IMG/VR virus record: IMGVR_UViG_2645727555_000014
Source: a virus
Lineage: Duplodnaviria > Heunggongvirae > Uroviricota > Caudoviricetes
Direction: 5' to 3' (one strand)
DNA: 23,702 bases
Shown here: in pieces, positions 23,620 through 23,702 of the stretch
How the letters are laid out: every line of letters starts with the position of its first letter
Position numbering within the stretch: the first letter of the stretch is position 1
The notes under the pieces: generated by a model
Seen by the model: the letters and a program-made list of their open reading frames with translations, nothing else
What the model was told of the DNA's origin: nothing
Database searches by the model: none
Program-made: the position numbers and the translations under genes

Positions 23620-23702
23620 GCAGCCTGACGGCTGCGGCTTGTCATGGTCTGCAATTACCGTTATAAAAACAGGCAATGTCATTGTCTTTCAGGTGGTTAT
23701 AT

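Larger units (their letters stand above)
754..23702. mobile_element. phage-derived region (prophage or prophage remnant, mosaic lambdoid type), right end beyond window
   Basis: Gene content after the glnS terminator is phage-typical: Dam methylase, RdgC, Rha antirepressor, Ref-like HNH, lambda-type phosphatase, Ea22-like, DUF551, ASCH, TA module and AT-rich morons, in long co-directional overlapping operons. No integrase or att site seen in the window. Confidence 0.8.

Noticed and set aside
23299-23682. Minus-strand ORF of 127 aa at the window edge
   Set aside because: Antisense to the plus-strand gene 23179-23619, which continues the co-directional operon; no SD.
1-23702. tRNA, rRNA, integrase or IS element
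   Set aside because: I scanned intergenic regions for tRNA-like T-arm motifs and the translations for integrase or transposase signatures and found none; absence is by eye only, not by tRNAscan or HMM.

Overview
The window starts with the 3' end of glnS (glutaminyl-tRNA synthetase) and its intrinsic terminator, then runs for about 23 kb through phage-derived DNA (a mosaic, lambdoid-type prophage or prophage remnant that continues past the right edge). Left block (754-6470, minus strand): one translationally coupled operon encoding four structural-like phage proteins (one with a gp5/gpV-like OB-fold N-terminus), an RdgC homolog and two DNA methyltransferases (Dam family plus a C5-like one). 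Middle accessory block (6500-15700): a higB-higA toxin-antitoxin pair followed by an extra HigA-type HTH gene, visibly AT-rich moron genes (a two-TM coiled-coil protein, an exported Cys-containing protein, a small membrane protein), a SWIM-like zinc-finger protein, a Rha-family antirepressor operon preceded by a highly structured ~290-nt non-coding region, and a Ref-like HNH protein. Right block (15700-23619, plus strand): a lambdoid early-region style operon (DUF4406-like, lambda-type Ser/Thr phosphatase, DUF968-like, Ea22-like, DUF551, ASCH and several small ORFs). No integrase, tRNA, rRNA, CRISPR array or IS element was recognised. Best candidates for something undescribed: the HTH plus membrane coiled-coil gene pair beside higBA, the AT-rich exported-protein moron, a recurring TTTTCTAACA box in several promoter regions, and the structured RNA-like region upstream of the antirepressor operon. 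All functional calls come from reading the translations and recalling protein families; no database search or folding computation was possible.
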